Assembly: GCA_034530875.2 (NCBI GenBank)
Contig: JAVRCJ020000012.1
Span: 152,366 to 216,365 of the forward strand
Length of the DNA stretch: 64,000 bases
Reading direction: 5' to 3'
From: Nostoc sp. DedSLP01
GTDB taxonomy: Bacteria; Cyanobacteriota; Cyanobacteriia; Cyanobacteriales; Nostocaceae
In this document: piece after piece, positions 63,871-64,000 of the stretch
Position numbering within the stretch: position 1 is the stretch's first letter
Layout of the letters: every line of letters starts with the position of its first letter
The notes under the pieces: model-generated
What the model was told of the DNA's origin: nothing
What the model saw: the letters and a program-made list of their open reading frames with translations, nothing else
Databases searched by the model: none
Made by a program: the position numbers and the translations under genes

Positions 63871-64000
63871 CTTCAAGGGGCGACAAGCTCCCTAAAGTGC
63901 TTGCTGTATAAGCTTCATAGCCCTTAAACCTCGCTGATAATATGCCTGCTTATTGCGAATGGAACCGACCAGTTCCTCAACCCATGCTTGACACTCATGC
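63871..64000 (-). mobile_element. End of a probable IS4-family insertion sequence (transposase C-terminus at 63892-64000)
   Basis: Minus strand reads HECQAWVEELVGSIRNKQAYYQRGLRAMKLIQQAL*, resembling cyanobacterial IS4 transposase C-termini; followed by TIR-like CTTGTCGCCCCTTGAAG. Confidence 0.7.

Larger units (their letters stand above)
1..64000. repeat. HIP1 octamer GCGATCGC dispersed through the window
   Basis: Many copies, e.g. 152-159, 191-198 and two in the 52741-52782 hairpin; a cyanobacterial hallmark. Confidence 0.95.

Overview
Chromosomal window from a filamentous, probably heterocyst-forming cyanobacterium (Nostocales-like). This is supported by frequent HIP1 octamers (GCGATCGC), heptameric STRR repeats, psbI and many Uma2 and histidine-kinase genes. 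Housekeeping genes (ketopantoate reductase, SelO, RimJ-type acetyltransferase, bioB, aroB, psbI, glgP, LptD-like DUF3769, HtrA) are interleaved with accessory modules. The most notable modules are: (1) a six-gene co-oriented cluster joining a DXCF-type cyanobacteriochrome kinase and a hybrid kinase to a KaiA-less kaiC-kaiB-kaiB-PAS kinase set; (2) a stand-alone TIR-SLOG fusion, a candidate one-gene nucleotide-signalling or defence system; (3) a three-gene TPR-CHAT protease / small protein / CorA-like 2TM cassette resembling CATRA conflict systems, surrounded by nested MITEs; (4) an amidohydrolase / cysteine hydrolase / cupin cluster for an unknown nitrogen compound. Also seen are in-frame repeat insertions in proteins, a small gene with an internal TAG, an ABC exporter with a degenerate ATPase site, and a probable IS4-family insertion truncating a Uma2 gene at the right edge. 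I found no rRNA, tRNA or CRISPR array. All family assignments come from motif recognition by eye; no database search was run.
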